Below, piece by piece: positions 11,880 through 25,050 of a stretch of DNA of 64,000 bases. A program made the position numbers and the translations under genes. Source of the DNA: Chiloscyllium plagiosum (taxonomy: Eukaryota). Position 1 is the stretch's first letter, and every line of letters begins with the position of its first letter. The stretch is taken from the NCBI RefSeq assembly GCF_004010195.1, contig NC_057748.1:27752180-27816179 (forward strand), read 5' to 3'. The notes below the pieces were generated by a model, which saw nothing but the letters and a program-made list of their open reading frames with translations, had not been told where the DNA came from and ran no database searches.

Positions 11880-12300
11880 AGGTTGCGGTTATTTATAAAT
11901 ACCAGCAAATAACATTAGACTCATTTTCAAATACTAAATGTAACTGTTTATAAATATCAGTAGCAATATTGCATTTACTTATAAATGCCAGCAGTTATAT
12001 TATTTACAATTCTAAATACCGAGAGTAATATTACATTTATTTACAAATATCAGCAGTAACATTGCGTTAATTTATAAATGTCTGCAGTTACATTATACTC
12101 ATTTTAAATGCCAGCAATAGCATTGTATTTTTTTTATAAATGCCAGCAGTAACATTGTATTTGTTTGTAAATACCAGCAGTAACATATCATCTATTTATA
12201 AATGCCAGCAGTAATATTATGTTTACTGATAATATCGTATTTATTTATAAATATCAGCAGGAACCTTTTATTTATTCATGAATTCCAGCAGAAATATTAT
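11880..12300. repeat. AT-rich ~30 bp minisatellite (TTTATTTATAAATGCCAGCAGTAACATTG)
   Basis: About a dozen degenerate units of aaat(a/g)ccagcagtaa. Confidence 0.8.
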
Positions 12301-13144
12301 GTTCCTGTCTGTTGACTCCTATTGACTCATTATGGTTTACAAATTTGGGCTGTGGGCATCTTTCGCAACTGGATTGTGCAGAGTTCAGGTGTTAAGATCT
12401 CTGATGGCCCTAATATAAATTAATGCTTTAAACTTCAGCATATTGGGGACACTATTTCAATAGGTATGGTGGACATGAAACTTGGAAGACATACGGTCTG
12501 TGAGGGAATCTACAGATTTCAGAAGAATGCCGACAGTTCGATTGAATGAGCAGATACATTTGATGCAAAGGAGTTGCGATATGATCTATTTTGGTCGGCT
12601 CAAAAAGCAGGGGTTCAGACAAAATAAAGAGTGGAACAACAACTGGATGCTGAAAAAGAGTGATCTAGGTGTAGATTTATTTGTATCATGGAAGGTGGTA
12701 AGTGCCGTGACAAGAACATTTAATACTCACAGTGTCGTGGACTCAACAAATCAGGGGAATGGATTACAATAGCGAGAAATGCATCTTACCCTGCTTAAAA
12801 CATTGTGTTTGCCCCATATTGTATATCAGTTAAACACCGTCCTCTGCCACAAACCATAGAAAGGTCATGAAATCTTGAGTTAAAGAGAAAGAGGGAGTCT
12901 TCAAGTGATTCACGATACCTTTTCCAAGGAAGAGGGAGTTCATTGATCGGGATAGATCAAAGGAAGTGCACGGTTCTCCTTGGTGAAGAGAATGGTGACA
13001 GGAGAGTCCATCGAATTCTTTAAAATCATGTGGGAAATGAATAGAGTGGAGAGTGAAAAACAGTTCCATGGACATAATATTTTCTTGTAAGGCAGGGGGG
13101 CAATAGTGAATTAGGTGATGTTGCCAAATTGGAGAATAGTGATG

Positions 13145-13371
13145 GAGAAAGTGAGGACTGCAGATGCTGGAGATCAGAGCTGAAAATGTGTTGCTGGAAA
13201 AGCGCAGCAGGTCAGGCAACATCCAAGGAGCAGGAGAATCGACGTTTCGGGCATGAGCCCTTCTTCAGCCCTGATTCCTGAAGAAGGGCTCATGCCCGAA
13301 ACGTCGATTCTCCTGCTCCTTGGATGCTGCCTGACCTGCTGCGCTTTTCCAGCAACACATTTTCAACTCAG
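13145..13371. mobile_element. Fold-back (palindromic) non-autonomous Penelope-related element with hammerhead-like motifs
   Basis: Near-perfect inverted arms meeting at ~13270; flanked by the 15-bp direct repeat tggagaatagtgatg (13130-13144 and 13372-13386). Confidence 0.8.
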
Positions 13372-13385
13372 TGGAGAATAGTGAT

Positions 13386-14600
13386 GCATTGGTAGGAACA
13401 AAGATGCATTCAGAAGATTTTGGTGCATTGGTAGGACAATGGAGAACTGTTAAGATAATAATGCGTTGGTTCGTCAGTGGTGCATGAGTAAAACAATGGT
13501 GTTCCGGTAGCATAAAAGCAAATTACTGCGCATGCTGGAATCTGAAACCAAAATAGAAAATGCTGGAAAATCTCAGCAGGTCTGGCAGCATCTCTAAGGA
13601 GAGAAAAGAGCTGACGTTTCGAGGCTAACTGACCCTTTATCAAAGCTTAAAAAAAGGGAGAAATAGGGAGGTATTTATACTAGGCTGAGAGAAGAGACAA
13701 ACGAAAATCCAGTCGGAGAGAAGAGCAGTACTTCTTCAGAGTAGGCATTCTTGGAAGAGAGGTGGCAGTGGGTTAAACACTGGATAAAAGCAAATTACTG
13801 CGGATACTGGAATCTGAAACCAAAACAAAAAATGCAGTTAGACTCGAAACGTCAGCTTTTTTCTCTCCTTACAGATGCTGCCAGACCTGCTGAGATTTTC
13901 CAGCATTTTTTTCTTTTGGTGTACTGGTAGGACAATACCGTTTTGATATTACAATATCCTATTGGCAGAACAATGACATATTGGTAGGGCATTTGTGTAT
14001 TGGTAGGACAATGATGGACTGAGAGGGCGATTGTTTATTGACAGCATAATAGAGTATTAGTAGGTCAAAGGAGTATGAGAAACACGGTGTTGTATCAGGA
14101 GATCAATGATGTATTAGAAGGCGAATTGCATATTGGTAGCATAATGGTTTATTGTTTGGACAATGGTGCGTCGACAGGATAGTAGTGTATTGGTTGGACA
14201 ATGTAATATTGTTATGAAATGGTCTATTGGGAGGACAATAGTATATAGGCAGACGATGCTGTATTGGGAGGACAATGTTGTCTTCGGAGGATGATGTTAT
14301 CTTCAGAGGACAATGGTGTATTGGGAGGACCATGGTGTATTGGAAGACCAACGAAATATCGGTAGGGCATACTATATTGGTAGCAGATGGCAAATTGATA
14401 GGAAAATGGTGTAATGGTAGACAACAGTTTACTGGAAAGCCAATGGTGCATTGCAAAGCAAAGGCACGTTTGTAGGAAAATGGAATGTTGGGATAACGAT
14501 TGTGTATTTGAAAGACAATAGTGTATTGATAAAACAATGGAAAATTGATAAGACAATGGCATAATGATATGCCAATGACGTATTCCAAGAACAATAGAGC
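13386..14600. repeat. ~21-22 bp minisatellite (TATTGGTAGGACAATGGTG), interrupted by a second palindromic element at ~13510-13920
   Basis: Repeated tattgg(t/g)aggacaat units; the inserted element has inverted arms GCTGGAAAATCTCAGCAGGTCTGGCAGCATCT / AGATGCTGCCAGACCTGCTGAGATTTTCCAGC. Confidence 0.75.
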
Positions 14601-14815
14601 AGTTGTGTTTTTTTTTAAAGTGTACTTAGAAACTGAGGTGATTTGGGGAAGTAACTGAATTTTGAGAGAACAGTGATGTCCTGAATGGAGAATGATGCAT
14701 TCTGATGAACATCGTCACACTGAAGGAGTATTGACTTACTGGGTCTCCGTAAGTAAATCTGGTTTAGTCAGACGAAGATAAATGTTTCATTAACAATTTA
14801 AACATTCATACACAG

Positions 14816-14865
14816 GAAAGAACCATCAAACAGACATAAACTGGACTCCTATGGATGCATTGCAG
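14816..14865 (+). CDS. Candidate further cytoplasmic exon of the VJ-C1-TM gene
   Basis: cacag| acceptor and GCAG|gtgag donor; open in the phase left by exon 11209-11236 (KKEPSNRHKLDSYGCIA). Confidence 0.35.
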
Positions 14866-17800
14866 GTGAGCTCGCTGAAAAAATAATCGCCACATGAACA
14901 AATCAACATGCAAATGAAGAAACAGGAGTGGGCCACTCTGTCCCTCGGGTCTGCTACTCCATTCGATAAAACCAGGGCTGCTTAGATTACATTATATTCT
15001 TTTCAATCCCTCGAATATCAAGAATCTGTCCACATTAGCCTTTAAGATATTCTGAGAACCTGCTTGCACTATTTTTCGTGGAGGCCAGTTCCAAACAATC
15101 AGCAATGTCTGTGGGAAATAGAAAACTCACACCAGTTCTGTGTAAAATTAGTGACCCTTCATTTTTAAACTGTGTCACATAGTTTTACAATTTTTCATGT
15201 AAGAAATCACTCTTTTCTCATTCACCCAGTCAAAACCCCTCTGTATCTCATATCTTTTAAGGAAAAATTGTTCTGCTAAAATGTGGCAGTTGCTTTCCTC
15301 TGCAGTCTCGTGCAATAGAAAATTGTGCTTATGGAAAATCGTGGTGTAGAAGATTGCTTTGGAAAATCGCTATATCTGTTCAGTTGAAAGTTTGCATTAT
15401 CCAAACAGTGTCCACAGCCTGTCAATCGCACTACAGTTAATTTACACTGTCAAAACAAGAATGAGTTGCATGTCAATTCTTACTCTTCTAAGCTCCAGTG
15501 CATATAATCAAAACTGGCTAACATTTCCTCATAAGACAAGACACTCTTCCCAGGTATTACTGTGGTGAATGTCCTCTGACCTGCCTTCAATGTATTTGCA
15601 TTCTTTCTTGAGTATGGAGTCAATCAATGCACAGTACTCCAAAGACGGCCTCACCAGTACCTTTTATAATTGAAGCATAACCTTCCCACTTTGTATTCGA
15701 TTCCCCAGGATAAACTATCATATTCCACTAGCTTTCCTAATTGCTTGCCGTACCTGCATCCTCACCTTCAGGAAGCCATGAACAGGGACGCCCAGATCCA
15801 TCTGCATCACTGAATTTTGCAATCTCGCAATATCTCGACCATTATCTCTTGTCTATTCCTCCAGCAAAATATATACATTTTCCCACATTGAACTCCATTT
15901 GTCAGATATTTTTGCCTGCTCACTTAGCTTAGCTGTATGCCTCAATAACCATATTATCTACTCTTCACAATTTCTGTAACTATCTATCTTTATGTCATGA
16001 GCTAATTTTGCCGCTGCAACTATGGTTCCTCCAGCCTAGCCATTATTTTAAAAAAGTAAACGGATGAGTCTCCAGCACCGAACCTTGTGGCACGCTATTC
16101 GTTATGCTTTCAAACCACAAAAAAAAAAGCTAAGATCGTCAGATAGCACTTTCCAAATATATGACCACAACCACATGGAAAGAGAAGGGCAGTAGACATA
16201 TGGGAATGCTATCACCTGAAAATGCCCTTCCAACCTACTTGCCATCTTGACTGCAAATACATCAGCCTTTCCTTAAATCTCGCTGTCTAAAAATCCTGCA
16301 GTTCCCTCGCTATCAATGGTGCATGTGTCCATACACTACACGAGACTGCAGCGGGTTGAAAAGACATCACAACATCACAATTGCAAACGCACTGAGTATG
16401 TGCAATAAATTCTGGGTCTCCCAGTTACACCAACGTCACACGGGTGAACTTAAGTTAATTCAGTTTTCTGTCAGGTAGCCAGTCTTGATTACCTGGCAAT
16501 ATAATAGAGTTGCTCATGTGAATATTAGGAATTTGAAGTCAGGCGTTGAATGATGGAATTTCCCAGAAATTGCACCCGATTGACATCTGAATTTTGTATC
16601 AAATCCCTCTGGTGACTGAGACTGGATTCACAACACACCTGTTAAGCTATTTTTCCATTTGATAATTGAAAGGAGAGGTTAAGTTTCCAGGTAAAATACC
16701 TCTGTCCGACTATGAGGGGGATTTCCAGATGTATCCATTTACATTTTCAACTGCTAGCTTTTTGATACAATTTTCTTTGCTTATCGCGACAGTGACACAA
16801 TAGGCCTGGCCACTGTTGTGTGGATTGAATTAGGACAACAGATTATTGAGTTGGTAAAAGAGGGTGAAAGAAGCAAATTCAACAGGGCATTTCAATCGAC
16901 GAATTAAATAAATATTTGAACAAGAGCAGGGGCTTCTTGCAGATTCGTGGAATCGACCATTCAAAGTGCTGACACAGCCAAAGCAGTCCAAATGGTACCT
17001 TCTACGTTGCATTGGCCTAAGAATGTATGAAACGTGCTAGCAAAGAGGGTGAGGGAGTGGGAAATAAGAGGCAATCATTTGACTTGTACTTCACTATAAA
17101 TTTTAACATATTTTCCCAGACTGGCAGCAATTCCCCAAAAGTCTCCTTGGAGTCGCGATCTCGGGGAAAAGGAGGAAAAAAAGAAAGCAGGTCGCACGTG
17201 AAAATTCAGATGGAATTCGATCCAAGAGGATTTATGGAGGAGACCGGATCTGCATTAGATCTCAAAGCTGTGTTGCAATCAGTTGGAGCCTTGCAAACGC
17301 CGAGGCTGTGGTTTTAACTTCACTTTTGACTTTGTAAAGTCATTTTGTTGCATGCAACTGATTGGGCCACTGTGGACTTAATTCAAGCTGTAATTTCCAA
17401 ATAATTCAGATAAAATAAACTGTGACGTTTATTGGATTGACATCTTGCTCCTAAAATACGTAGGGCTGCAGAATGCAAATATAAACTCCAAGGGCGCATA
17501 TCTGAAGAGTGGGGAGAGATAGGACCGAACTGATAGCCGCGAGATGCGTGATTTAGACGTGGAGGCCATTTCTGACATGGTGATGACTGTCTGAACAAGC
17601 AGTTTCATTCCATTCACCACCGCTCTTTCCATGTAATCTGATCACTCTAAGTACCTGCTTTTGTCGTTTACTTCTTATTGTCGTTGCTTAACAAAGAAAT
17701 CTCACAAATTTAAAATTAGCAACCAATCCAACGTGCAATGCCGAGTATGTAAGATAGTTCCCAACTTCCAACACCTTTTGTGTGTTGAAGTACTTGGTAA

Positions 17801-20184
17801 CATCTCTCCGGACTGGCATGCCCCTAATGCCCAAGCTAACACGCCCCCCGCCCCACTTCTAGAATTCCTAACCAGTGGAAATAATGTATCTTTATCTACC
17901 CCATCATTTCCGGTTAATATCTTATCCTGGATGAGGTGGGACAGGACAAAGAACCACCTCACTCCCAGCCCACCATCCTCAGAAGCTCTTGTCCCTCATC
18001 CAGACTCCAAAGCTGGGGACTCCAAATCTCACTGGGATCCTGCTGTTGCTGTGAGAGAAGTTGTGAACATTGCAGAATGAATGGTGCTCTGTGTGCATGT
18101 GGTGCAAATACATGTCTAAGCAGTGAAACTGGGGCCAGAGAGACTGCTCTCTGCGGTTTCCTGTTTACTACAATCAGTGTGCTGCCCCTGACTCAGCGTG
18201 TGCTTTGCACAGTGCACCTGCTATCTACTCTTCTCTCTTCAGCAGACACAACCGTTGGCTTAACGTTATAAGAAGGTGGCTGAGGCACCTGGAAAGATGA
18301 AAGAATTGACAAAATCAACACCAGAAATTAGAGAAAAACGGAGAGAGTAAGCAGGTTGAAATATTCTCCTTCGCTAATTATCATAAAACACAGGTCATTC
18401 GGCCCCTCCGGTTCGTCTAGTTTCTTTGCTCCTTAGAAACCCTTGTCAATGACCATATCCTACTCTTCCTCTCTTCCTCATGCAATTAAACAGCGTCCAC
18501 TATAAAACTATTTTTGCCTATTCACTTTGTTGCCTCCCCTGCAGAATGATTCTCATTTCCTGCTCGCTGCCTTTGCGAACTAGTCCCCCGTTCTCCCCAT
18601 CCCCATGGGAAAGAGTGCCCAGTTCTCCCCAGTCCCCGTGGGAACGAGTCCCCCATTCTCTCCACACTGGGGAGTCCCACATTCTAGCCCACTGCCCATC
18701 GGAGCTAATCCTCCATTCACCCATTTCACCCACTCCCTTTGGGAGTGAGTTACCCCATTCTCTCCCACTCACAGTGGCAGTGAGACCCATACCATGCCCA
18801 CTCTCCATCAGAATGAGTTCCCTACTTCACACAACTGTCAGGGTGAAATTCTCCCCAGTTTTCCCATTGGAATCATTGGCATCATAGTTCTTGCATCTCC
18901 ACCCCCCCCCCCCCCCCCCCCCAACTTCCGATCTCAACGCACACCAAACCCCACAACTGAAAACTTTTACGCTAAGGTAAGAGTGGACCGGTTTTTTTGA
19001 GTTATATCTGTAACAACCTGAGCACAAATTAACATAAAAGCAAGCTCCGAAACATGACTTGCGAATGTGATTGAAACAAAAGAGGACTTTGCAAAAAGTC
19101 CCTCAGATCTGAGATCTGGGTTAAGGTGAATTTGGAAAAAGATGTTGTTGTCACGCCTGGGTACATATAAATAATTTGACTCCATGCATTTTTTAAATTC
19201 AGCATTTTGAGAGCCGAGTTGATTTTATTGTACAAGGTGCCTTGCTTGTGGAATAATTTAGAAGGGAAATCTTCACACCAGTCGATCGCATCAAAATGAT
19301 AGCTTCAATCGCATCTAACGGTCAGAAAAATAAAATAAAATTGTGCATACCCTTTTTAAAACAGAGAAAATTCTCTCAGTATTGGTAATCCCCTGCCATG
19401 ACAGTGTTTGCTCAATTTCTGATGCAACTGCAAAAGCTACTGACTCTGCAATGCTTTCTGAAAGAGTTCTACAAGCCACAGTCTTGTCTGAAAACAGGAA
19501 ATAGAACAGGATAGACATAAACACAGTAAAAAGCTAAGGGTGGGTGATCATCGGGCTGATCTGTGTTGCGGAAAGATCACCCAATACTCTGAGAAAATGA
19601 CCAGGACACGGAGAAAATTCTTCACGAAGTTAAAGTTTTATTTGCAAATACAAGCTGTATCAGAAAATCAGAAAACGTCTTTCCTGTCTTTTCTCATTCC
19701 CGCTCTTATCTGGTAGCATTAGCATAACCAATCATACCAGCTTGTTTTGTCTTTCTAAACTAATCATCTTCGGCCACACTGGTCTAATGCTTACAGTTAA
19801 CCTATCACATTACACCACCATCGTCTTTAGCATTAGTTCATCTATAACGTGATTTAAATAGCCTATCATACCTAAGTCCTGTAATATCATCCTATGCATG
19901 CATTATACCAATACGTTAATGACATAACTGCCAAATTAACTTCAATACGTTCCGTACCTGTTGCTTGGGAAACCCTACAGCTTGCTTCATGGTTTCCCCA
20001 TTGTCGCAGAGAGTATTGTGGATGAAGTTCCAGACGAGCATGGCACGCCATAAATGCATTTGTTTATTCATTTTAATCTTAGTCGAGATTAATGCTCCAT
20101 GACTGGTAGACTCTCGAGAAAATCAGCACACTGCAAAGATTAAGCAGAGAGTTTCCTGTTAATGGATTCAGAGGTCAGAATCGA

Positions 20185-20500
20185 CAATTGCTGGGTATCT
20201 CTGTGACTGATATATATTTTCATCCTGCAGCTGGGTATCTCTGGAGCTGATACATATCTTCATCCTGCTTCTGGGTGACGCTGTGATTGATACATATCCT
20301 TATTCTGCTGCTGGGCGGCGCAGTCACTGACATACATCCTGGTCCACATCGCTGGGTCTCTCTGCGACTGATATATAGCTTTATGCTCACCGCTGGATGT
20401 CTCTGTGACTGACATATGTCCTCACCCGTGCCGCGGGTCGCTCCTTTGACAGATATATGGCAACATTCCTGCTGCTGGATGATTCTGAAACTGATATACA
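20185..20500. repeat. ~33 bp minisatellite (CTGCTGGGTCTCTCTGTGACTGATATATATCCTCAT)
   Basis: About nine degenerate tandem units. Confidence 0.7.
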
Positions 20501-21589
20501 GGAAATATGGGCCTGTTGGAGTGAGGAATAAGGAGGGTAGGAGGAGGGAACAATAGATAAATAGATATTGGTCAAGAATAAGAATGAAGCATTTATCAGG
20601 TACAGACAACTGGGCTTGTGAACCTCTTGAAGAGTATAAGCGAAGAGAAGCATTCTTTCTTGGCAAATAAGTTTAAGGAAATCCTAGGAGATTCTATAAA
20701 AATATTGACAGCAAAAGGTAGAGGAAACATGGGAACACAACCACCTGCAAGATCCCCTCGAAGCCACACATTCTAACTTCAATATATATCCACCACTCCT
20801 TCAATGTCACAATGTTAAAATTTGGGCAAGCACTCCCTAAAAGCACCATGGATGTCTCTCCGTACTACACAGGTATTGTGAGGGTTCTAGAAGGTGGCTC
20901 ATCACCTCTGGCTCAAGGGGAAGCTAGCAATAGGTAATAAAAGTTTGCCCAGTCAGGAACGCCCACTTCCCCTGCAATTGCAAAGTAAAAATAAACGTGT
21001 GGAGTTTGTGGAAGCTTGCTGTGCACAGATTGGTTGCCATGTCTGTGTCACCTTAAAATGACAACGCGACTAAAAAGTAATTCATTAGCTGTAAAGCACG
21101 TTGGGGCATGCTGAAGTTCTGAAAGGTGCTATGTCAATGCAAGTTCTCCCCCTTGATCTAACTGAGCAGCAATACATCAGACATGACATTGTGAAGGACA
21201 GCAAGTTGAACTGAAAATCGAAGGGAACAAAGGAAGTGCTACCGACAGCCCCTGACCAATACTGACTTTAGAAGTTCATCATCTTCTCTAAGCCAAAAAA
21301 TACTACAAAAGTTCAATTAGGATTGATAAATGCAGCCCTTGGCGAGGGCACGGCGGGGAATTTACTAGAAAGGGACAAGGGATGAGGGTCTTCAGTTTAA
21401 ATTTCGCCCTCTTCCTCCTTGTTCATGAAACCCTTCATGAATGTAAATTTGCACATGTCAATCTCTTTCAAGACACAGATGTTTGCCCTGTCCTTTAGCA
21501 ACAGGTCATTACTTCTCAGGAGCTGATTTCTCCAGACCCTATCCTGGGTTTTTAAAAGGACTTTTTATCAGTTAAAGAATTTTCCAAAA

Positions 21590-24500
21590 CTGGAGGACGT
21601 TACAGAGATGGGGAGGGGTGAAGGGGCTGGAGGAGGTGAAAGAGGTAGTGAGGGACGAATGGGCTAGAGGATGGAACAGATTGGGAAGGTTTGAGAGTTT
21701 GGAGGAGGTTGCAGGTACAGGGAGTAGCGTAGCCACTAGAAAAGGTAAACGAGATAGGTAGGCATTTATATTTGGAAAAGGCTTCAGAGATAGGGAAGGA
21801 TGTAGGATCTGGAGGAGATTTAAGAGCCAGGGAGTGATATAGGAGCTAGAGCGACTTCAGAGATATGAAAGGCTGTAGGTGCTGGAGGAGGAGCAATTGA
21901 GATGGGCGGTTTGTGGAGGTTAAACGAATTTACACATAAAGGGAGGTTATATAAAGGGATGTGACAGAGATAGGGAAAGGTATAAGGCCTAGACGAGGTG
22001 ATAGAAATAGAGAGGGGTTTTGGAGCTATAGGAGGTAACAAGAAATGGGTGGGCATAGAGGAGCCGGTGGAGTTGACAGATATAGGGACTGATATAAGGG
22101 CTGGAGGAAGTAACAGAAATAAGGAGGCTGGAGGGATGGATGGAGTTAGAGACATAAGGAGGCATGTAGGAGATGGAGGGGATTACAGAGACGGGGAGGG
22201 GTTTATGGGTTGGAGGAAGTCGGAGTGATAGGTAGATATTTAGAGGCTGGAATGAGTGAAAGATATAGGGAGGGGCATAGGTTCTTGAGGAGCTCACAGA
22301 TTTAGTGAGAGATTGCAGGGTTTGGAGTAGATTAAAGTGATAGGCATTTTTCAATGTGATGGCAGAGGCTACAGGTATAGGGAGCAGAGTAGGCTAGAGT
22401 TGCTGAAAGAGGTAGGATGCATGTAGGGACTGGAGTTATTGATAGAGACAGTTCCACAGTGTAGTGGTTGGAGGAGAGCACAGAGACATGGAGTATCTCA
22501 ATGTAGGGATGGAAGGGGTTACAGTAATCGGGAGTGATATAAATGTTGGAAGAGATTGCAAATATTGCCAATGTTGTAGATGCTGGAAGAGATGACAAAG
22601 ATTGGGAGGGGTGTTCTGGCTGGAGTTGGTAACAGCGATATGGAGGATTGTAGTGAATGGAGAAATTTGTTAGATGTGGAGAGGGTTGCATAGATATGGA
22701 GAGGTGTCGGGTCTGATGGAGATCAGAAGGGAAGGTTATGGGGACCTCTAGTGGGTACAGAGACATTGAGAGCTGCAGGTGCTGGAGGCATTAAAAGAAA
22801 TAGGGAGGAATCTGGGGTCTGCAGGAAATCGCAGAGATAGGGACGTATAGAGGATCTGGAGAAGGGTCTGGAGAAAGGATGGGATATCGGGACTGGAGGA
22901 GGTGACAGTGGTGAAGATGGGTTTAGGGGCTGAAAATGGTTACAAATATGGGAGGGCATGGTTAGGAGTAGATTGCAGGATATGGAGAATATTTAAGGTT
23001 GGAGGAGATGACAGAGTTACGGAGGGGTTTAGTGGCGTAGGGATTGGAGGGGTGACTGAAGATAGAGACGGGTGTACCAACTGGGGAAGGAGAAAGAGAT
23101 AGGGAGTGGTGAAGGGGCTGTAGCAGGTTACAGCAATAAGCAGGGGAATAAGGGCGATTGGAGATTTCTGCAGAATCGTCTTGTGACTAGCGGTAGTTAT
23201 AGGGTTAGGAGAGGGCGCAGGCACTGTAGATATTTTCAGAAATTACAAGGAACCTAGAGTCTGGCAGAAGTGAAAGAGATAGAGAAGGATGTGGGAATTG
23301 TATTAGGGGATGGAGATTGTTTGGGATAATGGGTTGGAGAAGGTGGCAGAGATAGGCTGGGGATCCAAGGCTAAAGAAGATCACGGAGATAGGGAGGGGT
23401 TCAGGAACTGGAGGAGGGTCTGCTGATAGGGTAGAGAGTAGGAATTGGAGGAGGCAACAGAGACTTGGAGAGGTTCAAGGTCTGGAGGTGGTTACAGAGA
23501 TGGGGATGGACATCAGATCACTAGAGGCTTGCAGTGATATTGAGTTGGCTACGGCCTGCGGGGGTTAGCAGAGCTAGGGAGTGGTATAGGGACTTAAGGG
23601 TTTGATAGGGATGGGAATGGTCTGTAGGGGCTGGAAGATGTAAAAGAGATATAGACTCATGTAGGGGCTGGAGGAGGTGACAGAAATGAGGAGGGCTGTA
23701 GGGGTAGATGGGGTTATGGAGATAAAATGGGGTCTAGGAGATGGAGGAGTTACAGAGAAAGGGAGGGGTTTGGTAAATGGAGGAAATCAGAGATTCCGGT
23801 CTGGAGGGAGTACAGAAATAGTGACGGGTATCTATTCCTGAGGAAGTCGCAGAGTTCTGGAGAAGCTGTCGGGGCTCAATTACATTAAGAGATAAGCAGG
23901 GTTGTGTGTGCTGGTGGAGCACCGATATTGAGAGTGATATGCAGCTGGACATGTTCACAGAGATGGAGATAGGTATGGGGCAGGTGTTGGTGACAGAGAT
24001 AGGTGAGAAGTGTAGTGGCTGATGAACGTCACAGAGATAAGGATGGATATAGGGTTGGGTGGGATTAAAGTAATAGGGATTTGTGTAAGCGTTGGAGGAG
24101 GTTACAAAGACTGTGAATACTCTGGATGCTGTAGGAGGTGACAGAGATTGGGAGGGGTTGTATGGCTGGAGTTGCTTAAAGAGATAGGGCGGATTGTTGT
24201 GGATGGAGATGATTGGATAGATATTGAGACATGTAGGGTCTCGTGGAGAGCACAAAGGAGCTGTATTAGACCTCAGGTGGTTACAGAGCTATGGAAGGGT
24301 ATAGGTACTGGAGGCAATCACAGAAATAGGGAAGAATCTAAGTTTGGCAGGAAATAGCAGAGCTCAGGAAGGGTGTAGGGACTGGAGGAGGATACGGATA
24401 TTGGATGAGACATAGGGGCTGGATGAGGTGACCGTGGTATAGAGGGGATCAGGAGCTGGAAGGTTTTACAGCGATTGAACGGGGCCTAGGTGCTGGAGGA

Positions 24501-25050
24501 GGTGACAGGGAGAGTTTCAGGGACTGGAGATTTACACTGTGAAATAGTGGGTTCAGTGAATGAAGGAGATTACAGAGATCGGGATTAGTTAAGTGTCTTG
24601 AGGATATACTATAGAGGTGGATAGGGGTTCAGCAGTTGGAAATGGTTCCAGATAAAAGGGGGCATGGGGATGGAACACGTTACAGGGACTGGTATAGGAA
24701 CTGGAGGGGTTGGCAGAGATAATGAATGGTGATGGGGCTGGAAGAAGTTACAGCAATAAGAAGGGGAGAAAAGGTGATTGGCGATATCTGGGACAATATT
24801 GGGACCTGAGGTGGTTACAGAGATAGGGACTGGAAGAAGTAACAGAGGTACTGAGTGGCAAAGGAGGTGATTGGGATAAGGAATGATGTAGTGGTTGGAA
24901 GAGATTGCGAGAATTGTACATGCTTGAGGTGGTTACTGAAAGACGAACGGGTGTAGGGGCTTGTTGAGGTGACAGAGTTAGGGAGGAGTGTTGGAGCCAG
25001 AGCGTGTTCAAGAGATAGGGAGGTGTTTCGGGAATGGAGGGTGTATCACA
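21590..25050 (+). repeat. G/A-rich degenerate tandem repeat (~35 bp, GGGGCTGGAGGAGGTTACAGAGATAGGGAGGGGTGTA)
   Basis: 3.5 kb of strongly purine-biased units; paralogous arrays at 43100-43430 and 45750-47230. Confidence 0.85.

Noticed and set aside
14103-14594. Overlapping ORFs with periodic HHCP/YQY motifs
   Set aside because: Products of the ~22 bp minisatellite.
19564-19979. TG...CA-bounded ~415 bp segment as a solo LTR
   Set aside because: No target-site duplication or second copy visible.
21820-25011. Pro/Ser-rich and Gly/Glu-rich ORFs; also considered as an Ig switch region
   Set aside because: Tandem-repeat translations. The array lies upstream of V in light-chain clusters, not before a C gene, so a switch-region call is unsupported.
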